Virus record (IMG/VR): IMGVR_UViG_3300031992_000016
Location: 1-64,000 of that record
From: a virus
Taxonomy: Duplodnaviria; Caudoviricetes
DNA: 64,000 nucleotides
Strand: one strand, 5' to 3'
Shown here: positions 30,877 through 39,060 of the stretch, piece by piece
Position numbering within the stretch: position 1 is the stretch's first letter
Layout: every line of letters starts with the position of its first letter
Translations under genes and position numbers: made by a program
Notes under the pieces: model-generated
The model's database searches: none
The model's input: only the letters and a program-made list of their open reading frames with translations
Told to the model about the DNA's origin: nothing

Positions 30877-30951
30877 GCCCGATTAGCTCAACGGATAGAG
30901 CACGCGGCTACGGACCGCGGGATGTGGGTTCGATTCCTACATCGGGTGCCA
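30877..30951 (+). tRNA. tRNA-Arg(ACG)
   Basis: Cloverleaf, CCA. Confidence 0.95.
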
Positions 30952-31163
30952 CTTTAATCTAATCCACTCGATATGGCTGTGACTACAAAGCGCGGAAGAG
31001 TGGCGGTAGTATAACGCCTTAATTGGCTGAAACGATAGGCCGATTAAGGATGAAATAAAGCACCAGGATGCAAGAGAGTTATACACTACGTAAAACTTTA
31101 ATATAGATGTGTGTAGTCGTGCTACCGGTGGCGCGTAACAACATAATAGGACACCGGGTACTT

Positions 31164-31241
31164 CGGGATGTAGCACAGTCGGTTTAGTGCAGCGCTCTGA
31201 TAAGGCGAAGATCACTGGTTCGAGTCCAGTCATCCCGACCA
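31164..31241 (+). tRNA. tRNA-Ile(GAT)
   Basis: Cloverleaf, CCA. Confidence 0.9.
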
Positions 31242-31248
31242 TTTTTAT

Positions 31249-31322
31249 GTGCTATTAGCGTAATGGTAGCGTTGCTGCCTTCCAAGCAGCGGGTGTCAGT
31301 TCGAATCTGATATAGCACTCCA
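31249..31322 (+). tRNA. tRNA-Gly(TCC)
   Basis: Cloverleaf, CCA. Confidence 0.9.
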
Positions 31323-31329
31323 TGGCCGC

Positions 31330-31418
31330 AGACACGTCAGCAAACTGACTTAAATAATTACTGCTAATGTTGCTGTATCGTAAGCACCGGGTTCGGCTCC
31401 GGGAAGATAAGCGTGTCT
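31330..31418 (+). ncRNA. ACAGCAA-family stem-closed RNA, copy 1
   Basis: AGACACG/CGTGTCT stem, TCAGCAA motif, internal CTGCTAA and T-arm-like CCGGG-TTCGGCT-CCGG. Confidence 0.65.
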
Positions 31419-31427
31419 AGTTTTTAT

Positions 31428-31503
31428 GCTCCCTTAGTCCAACGGCAGAGACAATGCGCTTAGAACGCATCCAGTGTGGGTTCGAATCCCATGGGGAGTA
31501 CCA
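31428..31503 (+). tRNA. tRNA-Leu(TAG), short variable arm
   Basis: Cloverleaf, CCA. Confidence 0.9.
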
Positions 31504-31507
31504 ATAT

Positions 31508-31597
31508 GCGCTCGTGGCTGAGAGGTCGAAAGCGGTGCCCTGCTAAGGCATTGACTCTTTCCCGGGTCCGAAGGTTCGAATCCTTCCGAGCGCGCCA
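31508..31597 (+). tRNA. tRNA-Ser(GCT)
   Basis: Cloverleaf with long variable arm, CCA. Confidence 0.95.
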
Positions 31598-31667
31598 TTT
31601 TAAATTAATTCATCTATCTAAATCTTCATTATAAAATAGAATCTCAATATTTCAAAGGGGGATTACT

Positions 31668-32468
31668 ATGTATAATGGATACAAAGAAATTCGTGGGACC
31701 ACTGACGAAATTAATGAGCTAATGTTTCAAATGGATCCTGCGGATTGGGCAATCAATGAATATCTTATTATTCACAACACAGATGAAAATCGCACAACTG
31801 AAATGCGTTGGACTGGTTCGTAGTTTGTTGCATTAAAATTACCGCCATCTTCATATGTAAAAGCACTCAATAGTGAGCAAAGATGTTTGTTGGATTTGCT
31901 TAATAATAAAAACATTACTGTTGTTGCTGCACTTGGAACTTATGGTTCTGGTAAAACTTATTTAGCTTTACAAATGGCACTTTACGGTTTAAAAGAAAAA
32001 GGATGGTATGATAAAATCCTTGGTGTGCGCGAAGTCATTGGTGAAGGTCGAGATATTGGTTTTTTGCCAGGTGAGTAGAAAGCTAAAACAGATAATTTCT
32101 TTAAACCGTTAGAACAATAGCTAAATGGTGGAGAGTTTGAATTAGATAGCTTAGTGCGGCAAGGGCAATTAGAAACATAGATTCCTTATTTTTTAAAAGG
32201 CTGTACTTATAATCAGACTGCGATTGTCGTTGATGAAGCCGAGGACTTAACTGAAAAACAAATTAAGTTAATTGGTACTCGCGCTGGAAAAGGCAGTCGT
32301 GTTATTTTTGCCGGTGACTATAAACAATCATTAGTAAATCACACTGAGTCCAATCCACTTGTTAAAATGTGTGATGCATTGCGCGGTAACCCTCTGTTTG
32401 GATGCGTAGTATTAAAAGAGGATGTCCGTAGCGAAACTTCTAAATTATTTGCTGACCTCTTCACTTGA
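31668..32468 (+). CDS. phoH: PhoH-family ATPase with 4 in-frame TAG
   Basis: GTYGSGKT, IGFLPG, LKGCTY, VDEAEDL, GTRAG, FAGDYKQ, DVRS all in one frame across TAGs at 31821, 32076, 32118, 32178. Confidence 0.9.
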
Positions 32469-32713
32469 AAATTTTAAAAATTTTTGATATAATATATATA
32501 GAAAGTGAGAGGGAGGTAAGCCTTATGACCTATGCTGAGTGTCCTTGGTATGATTGCTACGAATTGTGCGACGGTTGTCCTGAACGAATTGCTTGTAATG
32601 AGTATAGAGACTATGTTGATAATGGCGTATGTGAATTTGAGCATCGTGAGTATGGCGAAGAAGGCTATCCCGACATGGAAGAAGACGATTAAAATCACAG
32701 GAGGAAGAGAGCC

Positions 32714-33013
32714 ATGAGCGATACTAAAAACACCTGTTCGCAGGATTGTTCTAAGACTTGTAAAAATTATTAGCCAGTTACTCCGTAGAAAGATAATTAT
32801 GGATGGATTTGCGCGAAGTGTGGTCGTGGCATTGCGCCAAATCAAATAACTTGTCCTTATTGCGGACCTACTTATACTTGGATTAGTACATCACCTTGGT
32901 GGAGCGGTCCATATTATACAACTACTAATGTTTCTAACACTATTGATAAAGATAGTGTAACAGCAAGTGCGTCAAATATCACATTAAATGCTAATGCTAC
33001 TACGCTAACTTGA
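32714..33013 (+). CDS. Zn-ribbon protein with 2 TAG
   Basis: GWICAKCGR...CPYC; RBS GGAGG. Confidence 0.75.
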
Positions 33014-33070
33014 AAATTTTAAAAAAATTTGATATAATATATATGTAAGATAAAGAAAAGGAGAAATTAA

Positions 33071-33286
33071 ATGTATTATTACCTTGTAGATTTTCTTGAT
33101 GAGGATTATAACGAGCATAAAGAATCTGGCCTAATTGGTGCTCAGTCTTATAGCACTGCTACTGCACAGGTTACTGATTTCTACGGTGAAGGTAATATTA
33201 TTTCTCTTTATCTTGAACAGTGGAATGATGTTGTAACCGAGGATGAAGTTCTCGATGGCTTTGAAGAAGCCGATGTGAGGGTTTAA
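33071..33286 (+). CDS. Small acidic hypothetical protein
   Basis: Promoter and RBS AAGGAG. Confidence 0.7.
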   Translation: MYYYLVDFLDEDYNEHKESGLIGAQSYSTATAQVTDFYGEGNIISLYLEQWNDVVTEDEVLDGFEEADVRV

Positions 33287-33298
33287 TCCCTCACTTAT

Positions 33299-33382
33299 GC
33301 GGGTATGGTGGAATGGCAGACACCACAGACTTAAAATCTGTTGCCGCAAGGCGTGCCGGTTCAAGTCCGGCTACCCGCACCA
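33299..33382 (+). tRNA. tRNA-Leu(TAA)
   Basis: Cloverleaf, CCA. Confidence 0.95.
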
Positions 33383-33384
33383 TT

Positions 33385-33446
33385 AAGGCTCACACAGCAA
33401 ATTTTAATGCAATAGTATTGGTAAACTATAAGTGCAGGCGAGCCTT
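33385..33446 (+). ncRNA. ACAGCAA-family stem-closed RNA, copy 2
   Basis: AAGGCTC/GAGCCTT stem, ACAGCAA, inner hairpin ATAGT-ATTGGTAA-ACTAT. Confidence 0.7.
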
Positions 33447-33454
33447 GTTTTTAT

Positions 33455-33536
33455 GCCCGAGTGGCGGAATGGCAGACGCGCTTGACTCAAAATCAAGTTC
33501 GAGAGAGTGTGGGTTCAAGTCCCACCTTGGGCACCA
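33455..33536 (+). tRNA. tRNA-Leu(CAA)
   Basis: Cloverleaf, CCA. Confidence 0.95.
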
Positions 33537-33655
33537 GATTGTTGTCCGGCCGGCAACCCAGTGGATGGATTGTTACGCATCCCGTGCTACTACTGCGAGA
33601 GGGATCACGCTTAGGCTTTGCATGCGCACCACGGCCCATGAAGGTAGCACACTAT

Positions 33656-33732
33656 GCTCCCTTAGCCCAATTGGCAGAGGCAGTTGGCTAAGAACCAACA
33701 CAGTGAGAGTTCGAATCTCTTGGGGAGTACCA
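33656..33732 (+). tRNA. tRNA-Leu(AAG), short variable arm
   Basis: Cloverleaf, loop CT-AAG-AA, CCA. Confidence 0.9.
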
Positions 33733-34227
33733 CCAGGGCATGCCTGGTTTATATTGTCTAGCAACAAGGCAATCACACTGCAATGTTGTATGTAGGTAAA
33801 TGATGGGGAGGAGTTAAAGGCGTCCTCTCTCTGGGGCAATGCGGTAATACCTGCGCGCGGGTAGCAAAGTTACCCTACCAGTAGTTAGAAGTCTGTAAAA
33901 CTTCCATTGGGCTGGCTGAGAGGCCCTGGTCCATCTTCCTTGCCAACAGTGATAGTCCTGTTTAAGGCAAAAAACATGCGGGTTAGCTAAACGCGATGAT
34001 GGCTAGTTTTAGGGTTTTACGCCACGCTTTTAAGGACTTTGGCATTGATAAGCAAATTTGCTTGTCTATACTAGTTAATGCCGCAGTTCTAATTTGTCTG
34101 CACACTCGATTGGTAGTGTCCCACAAAAAAACTTGTTGAAGAGTGAAGTTGGTGGTTTTAGCTCTTAAAAAATATCTTATATGCGCTAAGATAAGGGCGC
34201 TTAATAGTGAAGGAGAGGAACTTAACT

Positions 34228-34542
34228 ATGAAATTTTTTTCTGAGGTAACGAATAGGGTTTATGATTCTGTTGATGCACTTAACGCCGCCGAAAAAAAGG
34301 TAGCCGATGAGAAGCGTGCTCGTGAGGAAGCCGAAGCTAAGAAAAAGGAAACTCGTGAAGCCCGCGCAAAGGAAGTTGAAGCTGCCCTTGAACTTGCTTC
34401 CAAGACTCGCTCAGATGCTTTGGAGAAGTTGAATGCTTTTGTGAAGGACTATGGTGCCTTCCATACTTCCATCAAGAATGTTGATTCACTGTTTGGATCA
34501 GAGCATGCATTGAGTACCCTGTTTGATCTGTTCAACTATTGA
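34228..34542 (+). CDS. Coiled-coil hypothetical protein
   Basis: RBS GAGG, MKFFSE...FVKDYG. Confidence 0.75.
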   Translation: MKFFSEVTNRVYDSVDALNAAEKKVADEKRAREEAEAKKKETREARAKEVEAALELASKTRSDALEKLNAFVKDYGAFHTSIKNVDSLFGSEHALSTLFDLFNY

Positions 34543-34582
34543 TTAGATGCCTCTGGCGGCAGGCAAAAAGCCGCCTTTATAT

Positions 34583-34658
34583 GGGGATGTAGCTCAGTTG
34601 GTAGAGCGCCTGCCTTGCAAGCAGGAGGTAGAGGGTTCGATCCCCTTCATCTCCACCA
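34583..34658 (+). tRNA. tRNA-Ala(TGC)
   Basis: Cloverleaf, G3:U70, CCA. Confidence 0.95.
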
Positions 34659-34659
34659 G

Positions 34660-34776
34660 AAGACCTGTCAGCAATTATCTTTTTGCATTAGGAGCACGGG
34701 GTTCCAGGTTCGAATCCTGGGTCGGGGATTATTCCCCGGCTAGCTCAACTGGTAGAGCACGTTATTAGCGGGTCTT
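34660..34776 (+). ncRNA. ACAGCAA-family RNA, copy 3, with circularly permuted tRNA domain
   Basis: AAGACCTG/CGGGTCTT stem, TCAGCAA; T arm 34704-34720, loop-closed acceptor 34721-34740, D arm 34743-34758. Confidence 0.85.
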
Positions 34777-34810
34777 GTATTTTAAAAGTATCAAAAGGAG
34801 AGGTTACACT

Positions 34811-35233
34811 ATGAGGAAAGTAATTAGTTTAATAATGGTGATGCTTATGTTATTCTTGCCATTAACAAGTTAGGCATCTTGTGCATCCCCATCTGTCGAA
34901 TCTTTGGTTTCATTTACACCTAAAATTAGCTGGCAATACGCCACAGAAGATAGTTTGTTTAGCAAATTTTATCCTGAGTGGGTAGATACATTCTTATTCA
35001 GGTCTGAGTGGAAAATTATAGACGCATTTGAAATTAGTCTGCAAGCACCGCATCGTCTTGTTACTATGTATTGGGCGGTAATGCCAGAGAATGTAAAAGA
35101 TTTCGGTGTCTTGTTTGTGGGTAATAACCAGTTCATCTTGCGCTCTGCGTTTGTATATGATGAAACCCATCTTATGATTAATTTCACAAATGTATTACCT
35201 GGCGATTATCTTATGGTAATAGTTGCGCGATAA
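34811..35233 (+). CDS. Secreted hypothetical protein with 1 TAG in the signal peptide
   Basis: MRKVISLIMVMLMLFLPLTS[TAG]A in frame with ORF 34904. Confidence 0.75.
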
Positions 35234-35248
35234 TTTTCGCGCATAAAT

Positions 35249-35322
35249 GCGGCTATAGTATAGTGGTAATACGCGGCCTTGCCAAGGCTGAATCACGGGT
35301 TCAAATCCCGTTAGCCGCTCCA
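35249..35322 (+). tRNA. tRNA-Gly(GCC)
   Basis: Cloverleaf, CCA. Confidence 0.95.
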
Positions 35323-35360
35323 TTCAATAGACCTGTTCATACAACAGGTCTATATTTTAT

Positions 35361-35436
35361 GCGCGTGTAGCTCAGTCGGTAGAGCACGTGACTTTTAATC
35401 ACGGCGTCGGGAGTTCGATCCTCCCCACGCGCACCA
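35361..35436 (+). tRNA. tRNA-Lys(TTT)
   Basis: Cloverleaf, CCA. Confidence 0.95.
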
Positions 35437-35439
35437 TAT

Positions 35440-35514
35440 GGCTTGGTAGCTGAGACGGATTAGCAGCGGACTGAAAATCCGCATAGGTTGGATCGTTACC
35501 AACCCAAGCCACCA
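35440..35514 (+). tRNA. tRNA-Phe(GAA), atypical T-loop
   Basis: Cloverleaf, T-loop ATCGTTA, CCA. Confidence 0.85.
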
Positions 35515-35635
35515 GGGAGTCGGGAAGCTGTGTCATTAGTATCACGTGCTACGGTGACAATGCAGTGAAACAATTGCGCATAATACCGAATAGAGACACT
35601 CCCACCATTTTAAATAATCAATAGGAGGCCATTCT

Positions 35636-35845
35636 ATGAGTTTTAAAGACGCCTATAAAGCCATGCGTGAAGGTAAAGCTATTTCTAATACTGAGCATCC
35701 TGATGATCAGTGGGTTTGGAAGAATGACTAGATGATTTTCCAAAGTGGTGATGGCATTAGCTATCCGGTTAATGATATGCTATCTATTGAATATCTCCTC
35801 GATTAGATTGTACAAGATATTTGGTTTGTTGTAGAAGAAGAATAA
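35636..35845 (+). CDS. Small protein (DUF2829-like N-terminus) with 2 TAG
   Basis: RBS AGGAGG; MSFKDAYKAMREGKAI...DIWFVV. Confidence 0.7.
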
Positions 35846-35857
35846 ACTTCTTCTTAT

Positions 35858-35932
35858 GTGGAGTGTCGTCTAATGGTAAGACAGCAGATTGTGGCTCTGC
35901 GAACGCAGGTTCGATTCCTGTCATTCCACCCA
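35858..35932 (+). tRNA. tRNA-His(GTG)
   Basis: Cloverleaf, G-1/C73, CCA. Confidence 0.95.
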
Positions 35933-36005
35933 GCTAGCGGTGAGGGCAATTGACGAATGGGGCTAGCGGAATCCGCACGCGACGTCGGTAAAAAAGCTCC
36001 TATAT

Positions 36006-36080
36006 GCGCTGAACCCTCGTCGGTCGGGGAGAGGTCTGCAAAACCTCTGTTAGTGGGTTCAACTCCCACTCAGCGCTCCA
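36006..36080 (+). tRNA. tRNA-Cys(GCA)
   Basis: Cloverleaf, U73, CCA. Confidence 0.9.
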
Positions 36081-36102
36081 ATTAAAGAGGGGAGCGATGC
36101 AT

Positions 36103-36780
36103 ATGTTATTAAGAAAAGGAATGCGTGGAGAATCGGTTCGATAGTTACAAACACGTTTAACTGAATTAGGTTTCCTCAATAGTAAGATTGATGGAGTATT
36201 TGGTCCAGTAACTTAGAACGCAGTTATGAATTTTCAAATGCAAGCAAATTTAGGAGTTGATGGTATTGTTGGTCCAAAAACAGAAGCAGCATTAAATGAT
36301 GTGAATGCGCCGCATTATGTTATACCAACTTCAACTGCGGTTCCTGCTACTGGCACTGCGCAAATGATGGATTGGTGGAAAAGTGATATTTCTAAAATCT
36401 TTGCGCGTGGTGTAGTGGCAACTATTACAGATGTAGATACTGGCTTAGCTTGGCACGAAGTACGTAAAGGCGGCTCTAACCACGCTGACGTTCAACCATG
36501 TACTGCCGCAGATACTGCTGTATTGAAATAGGCTTATGGTGGAAAATGGTCATGGGCTAGACGCGCAATTTTTGTAACGATCAATGGTGTTAATTATGCC
36601 GCATCAATGAATGGGATGCCACACAGCGGACAATCTATTTTAGATAATAATTTCCCTGGACATCATTGTATCCACTTTACTAATAGCCGCACACATAATA
36701 CAAATAAAGTGTGTCCAGACCATCGTAAAGCTATTGAAAAAGCAGCAAAAGCAAATTTAGGTGATAATTCGGTGGGTTAA
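36103..36780 (+). CDS. PG_binding_1 domain plus putative His/Cys catalytic (L,D-transpeptidase-like) domain, 3 TAG
   Basis: LRKGMRGESVR[TAG]LQTRL...DGVFGPVT[TAG]NAV..FQ...VDGIVGPKT; C-terminal ASMNGMPH...NNFPGHHCIHF. Confidence 0.85.
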
Positions 36781-36794
36781 TTAACCCACTTTAT

Positions 36795-36869
36795 AGGGGA
36801 ATGGTGTAATTGGCAGCATGTCGGTCTCCAAAACCGCTGGTCTAGGTTCGAGTCCTAGTTCCCCTGCCA
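36795..36869 (+). tRNA. tRNA-Trp(CCA)
   Basis: Cloverleaf, CCA. Confidence 0.95.
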
Positions 36870-36873
36870 TTAT

Positions 36874-36948
36874 GCGGGTATAGTTCAACGGATAGAATAA
36901 CAGACTTCTAATCTGTACATCAGGGTTCAATTCCCTGTACCCGTACCA
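36874..36948 (+). tRNA. tRNA-Arg(TCT)
   Basis: Cloverleaf, CCA. Confidence 0.9.
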
Positions 36949-37015
36949 GTTGATTTTTTTAAAAATTTTTGATATAATATATATGTAAGATAAAGAAAGG
37001 AAGGGCAAACAGTAA

Positions 37016-37354
37016 ATGAAAATTACTCTGTTTGTGGATGATGAACGCAGACCTCACAGAGAAGATGCGCATAGTTGGATACTTGTTAGAACTGGTAAGC
37101 TTGCAATTGATTTACTTGATGCTCTTCGTAAAATTAATTCTAAGAATGTTTTTGATATATATCTTGACCATGACCTTGGCTCTGGCATAAGCGGTTATGA
37201 TGTAGCAAAATATATTGTAGATAACAATATCACAGAAGTGCAACATGTATATGTAATAAGTATGAATCCAGTTGGTGCGCAGAATATTTGTGATTTGCTT
37301 AATCATTACGGTTGGTCGGCAAAGCGAGTGGGGCTAGATGTTATTGGATTATAA
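37016..37354 (+). CDS. Cyclic-phosphate-processing receiver-domain protein
   Basis: LFVDDER.P, LDHDLG, GYDVAK, SMNPVG motifs. Confidence 0.75.
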   Translation: MKITLFVDDERRPHREDAHSWILVRTGKLAIDLLDALRKINSKNVFDIYLDHDLGSGISGYDVAKYIVDNNITEVQHVYVISMNPVGAQNICDLLNHYGWSAKRVGLDVIGL

Positions 37355-37447
37355 AGCCCCTTAGTTCAACGGTAGAACACCGGTCTCTAAAACCGTTATA
37401 TCCCTCTGAAGGAGGTAGTCTGGGTTCGAATCCCAGAGGGGCCGCCA
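37355..37447 (+). tRNA. Amber-decoding tRNA (anticodon CTA), probably Gln; extended variable arm
   Basis: AGCCCCT/AGGGGCC acceptor (unpaired 1:72), G73, CCA; loop CT-CTA-AA at 37385-37391. Confidence 0.9.
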
Positions 37448-37451
37448 ATCA

Positions 37452-37561
37452 TCGACACGTACAGCAAATATAAAGAGTAATCTTTATGTCATGGGTTCAA
37501 CTCCCATCCTGCACACAGTGCATGTAGCTTAGTTGGTAGAGCGAAAGAATATAAGTGTCGA
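37452..37561 (+). ncRNA. ACAGCAA-family RNA, copy 4, with circularly permuted tRNA domain
   Basis: TCGACAC/GTGTCGA stem, ACAGCAA; TCTTT/AAAGA stem, T arm 37491-37507, loop-closed acceptor 37508-37524, D arm 37527-37542. Confidence 0.85.
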
Positions 37562-37572
37562 GTAAATTTTTA

Positions 37573-37665
37573 TAGACAGCATACTGCAATGAAATATTGG
37601 ATAATATAACAGTTTTTATGCAACTATTATTAGAAGGTTCAAGTCCTTCGCTTATGCGCTGTCTA
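37573..37665 (+). ncRNA. ACAGCAA-family RNA, copy 5 (ACTGCAA variant) with isolated T arm
   Basis: TAGACAGC/GCTGTCTA stem; GAAGG-TTCAAGT-CCTTC. Confidence 0.7.
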
Positions 37666-37763
37666 GAATTTTATTAGGACATAATTAATCAACGCATTGT
37701 CCTTAAAATTGAATAAATATTAGGGTGTACATACCTAAAATTTCCATGGAAAGGACGATGCTT

Positions 37764-38219
37764 ATGGCAGCTACAATTTTATTTACCAAGCCTGAAACTC
37801 AAGAGCTTGCTAATATATACCAAGAGTATGCGTTGCAAAATGCTGAATTGGTAGCTAAGAAAGAACTTGCGTTGATTGGCATAGCCATTAACAATGCTGC
37901 GGCGAAAGGCGCCACTAGCATTAATTACAAGGCTTCAAAAGACTTTACTACTTTACAGGGTACTTATTATAATAAGGCTGTAGAGATTATGAACGCAGAT
38001 TTCCAAAATGCTGGTTATTCTGCTGAAGCAACCACTGACCGCAATGGTTATGCAATTGCATTCTCTTTTGATTGGTCTGTAATTGATGGCGATGTTCCTG
38101 GTGGTAATACTAATCCATCTGCACCAGCAGCAGAGGAAAATTGGGAAGAAATTCCTGATCCAGCCCCAGCAGACCCAGCAGAAGGAGAGCCAACCGAAAC
38201 TCCAACAGATGGCGAGTAA
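37764..38219 (+). CDS. Hypothetical protein with acidic Pro-rich tail
   Basis: Long ORF; start uncertain. Confidence 0.7.
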   Translation: MAATILFTKPETQELANIYQEYALQNAELVAKKELALIGIAINNAAAKGATSINYKASKDFTTLQGTYYNKAVEIMNADFQNAGYSAEATTDRNGYAIAFSFDWSVIDGDVPGGNTNPSAPAAEENWEEIPDPAPADPAEGEPTETPTDGE

Positions 38220-38234
38220 TTGATTGATTAATGA

Positions 38235-38305
38235 TAGGCTCCAACAGCAAGACAAGAAACACATTCATTTTTAACAAGAAAACGATAGGTGCTATAGGGA
38301 GCCTA
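38235..38305 (+). ncRNA. ACAGCAA-family RNA, copy 6
   Basis: TAGGCTCC/GGAGCCTA stem followed by AACAGCAA. Confidence 0.7.
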
Positions 38306-38326
38306 GATTTTTATGAGGTATAAATA

Positions 38327-38479
38327 ATGATAACAGTAAGTTAGATTTTTGTTTTTCTTTTAATGTTTGATGCAGCCTGGGTATTCTATGGACTGCTACA
38401 TAAAAAAAATATGTGGAAATGGATTTGTCTTTATTGGATACTCCTCACATTAAAAAATGCAAGTGATCTAATTTTTTGA
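38327..38479 (+). CDS. Small membrane protein with 1 TAG
   Basis: RBS GAGGT, two hydrophobic segments. Confidence 0.6.
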
Positions 38480-38483
38480 GGAG

Positions 38484-38738
38484 ATGAAAAAGATGTATTC
38501 AAGAGCACACATTAGATGTAATGGCCCACAGGAAACTGCGCAATTAGTAAGTTTATTAAATACTGATGGTACAACCAATAAGTATATCTTAGAAACGGCA
38601 GATAGTGCTTATCGTGTAAATGCAAGAAGTTTCTTAGGTGCGGTATATTTTACTACTGAGCATGCTGATGATACTTGGTTAGTAAATACTGATAATGATG
38701 GTTGGTATCCTATTGGTATTGATAACTTCCGTATCTAA
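38484..38738 (+). CDS. HPr-fold-like small protein
   Basis: YRVNARSFLG resembles the HPr Ser46 motif; no His15 motif. Confidence 0.5.
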   Translation: MKKMYSRAHIRCNGPQETAQLVSLLNTDGTTNKYILETADSAYRVNARSFLGAVYFTTEHADDTWLVNTDNDGWYPIGIDNFRI

Positions 38739-38761
38739 TTGGGACAAAATAGTCCCCATAA

Positions 38762-38838
38762 TGGGGTGTAGCCAAGTTGGCCAAGGCATGGGACTTTGAC
38801 TCCCACATTCGCAGGTTCGAGTCCTGCCACCCCAGCCA
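38762..38838 (+). tRNA. tRNA-Gln(TTG)
   Basis: Cloverleaf, CCA. Confidence 0.95.
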
Positions 38839-38842
38839 ATAT

Positions 38843-38917
38843 GCCGTCGTGGCTCAATGGTAGAGCAGCTGATTTGTAATCAGCAGGTTGTAGGTTCGAC
38901 TCCTATCGGCGGCTCCA
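38843..38917 (+). tRNA. tRNA-Thr(TGT)
   Basis: Cloverleaf, CCA. Confidence 0.95.
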
Positions 38918-39060
38918 AGAGAGCATACTCTTAACCAATGTCGATTGCAGGTGGTATCGTTAAATCCACCCCAGGCGGACCAGAGGATAATGCAGACGTG
39001 CAAAAATGCCCCAAACCCAGTGCGGTTTGTCAGTCGTCACAATCGGGACAAGCTGGTCTA

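Noticed and set aside
27998-37008. ORF-track entries overlapping tRNAs (e.g. 28263, 30937, 33313, 33461, 34547, 35854, 36781)
   Set aside because: They translate tRNA or ncRNA sequence
34660-37561. Algal/archaeal-type permuted tRNA genes matured through BHB splicing
   Set aside because: No clear bulge-helix-bulge, the acceptor is closed by only 3-4 nt, and a complete anticodon loop cannot be confidently rebuilt; a mimic is more parsimonious, though maturation is not excluded
37448-37570. HDV-like theta ribozyme after the suppressor tRNA, as reported in some recoded gut phages
   Set aside because: The downstream sequence folds as the ACAGCAA/permuted-tRNA element; no nested double pseudoknot is evident
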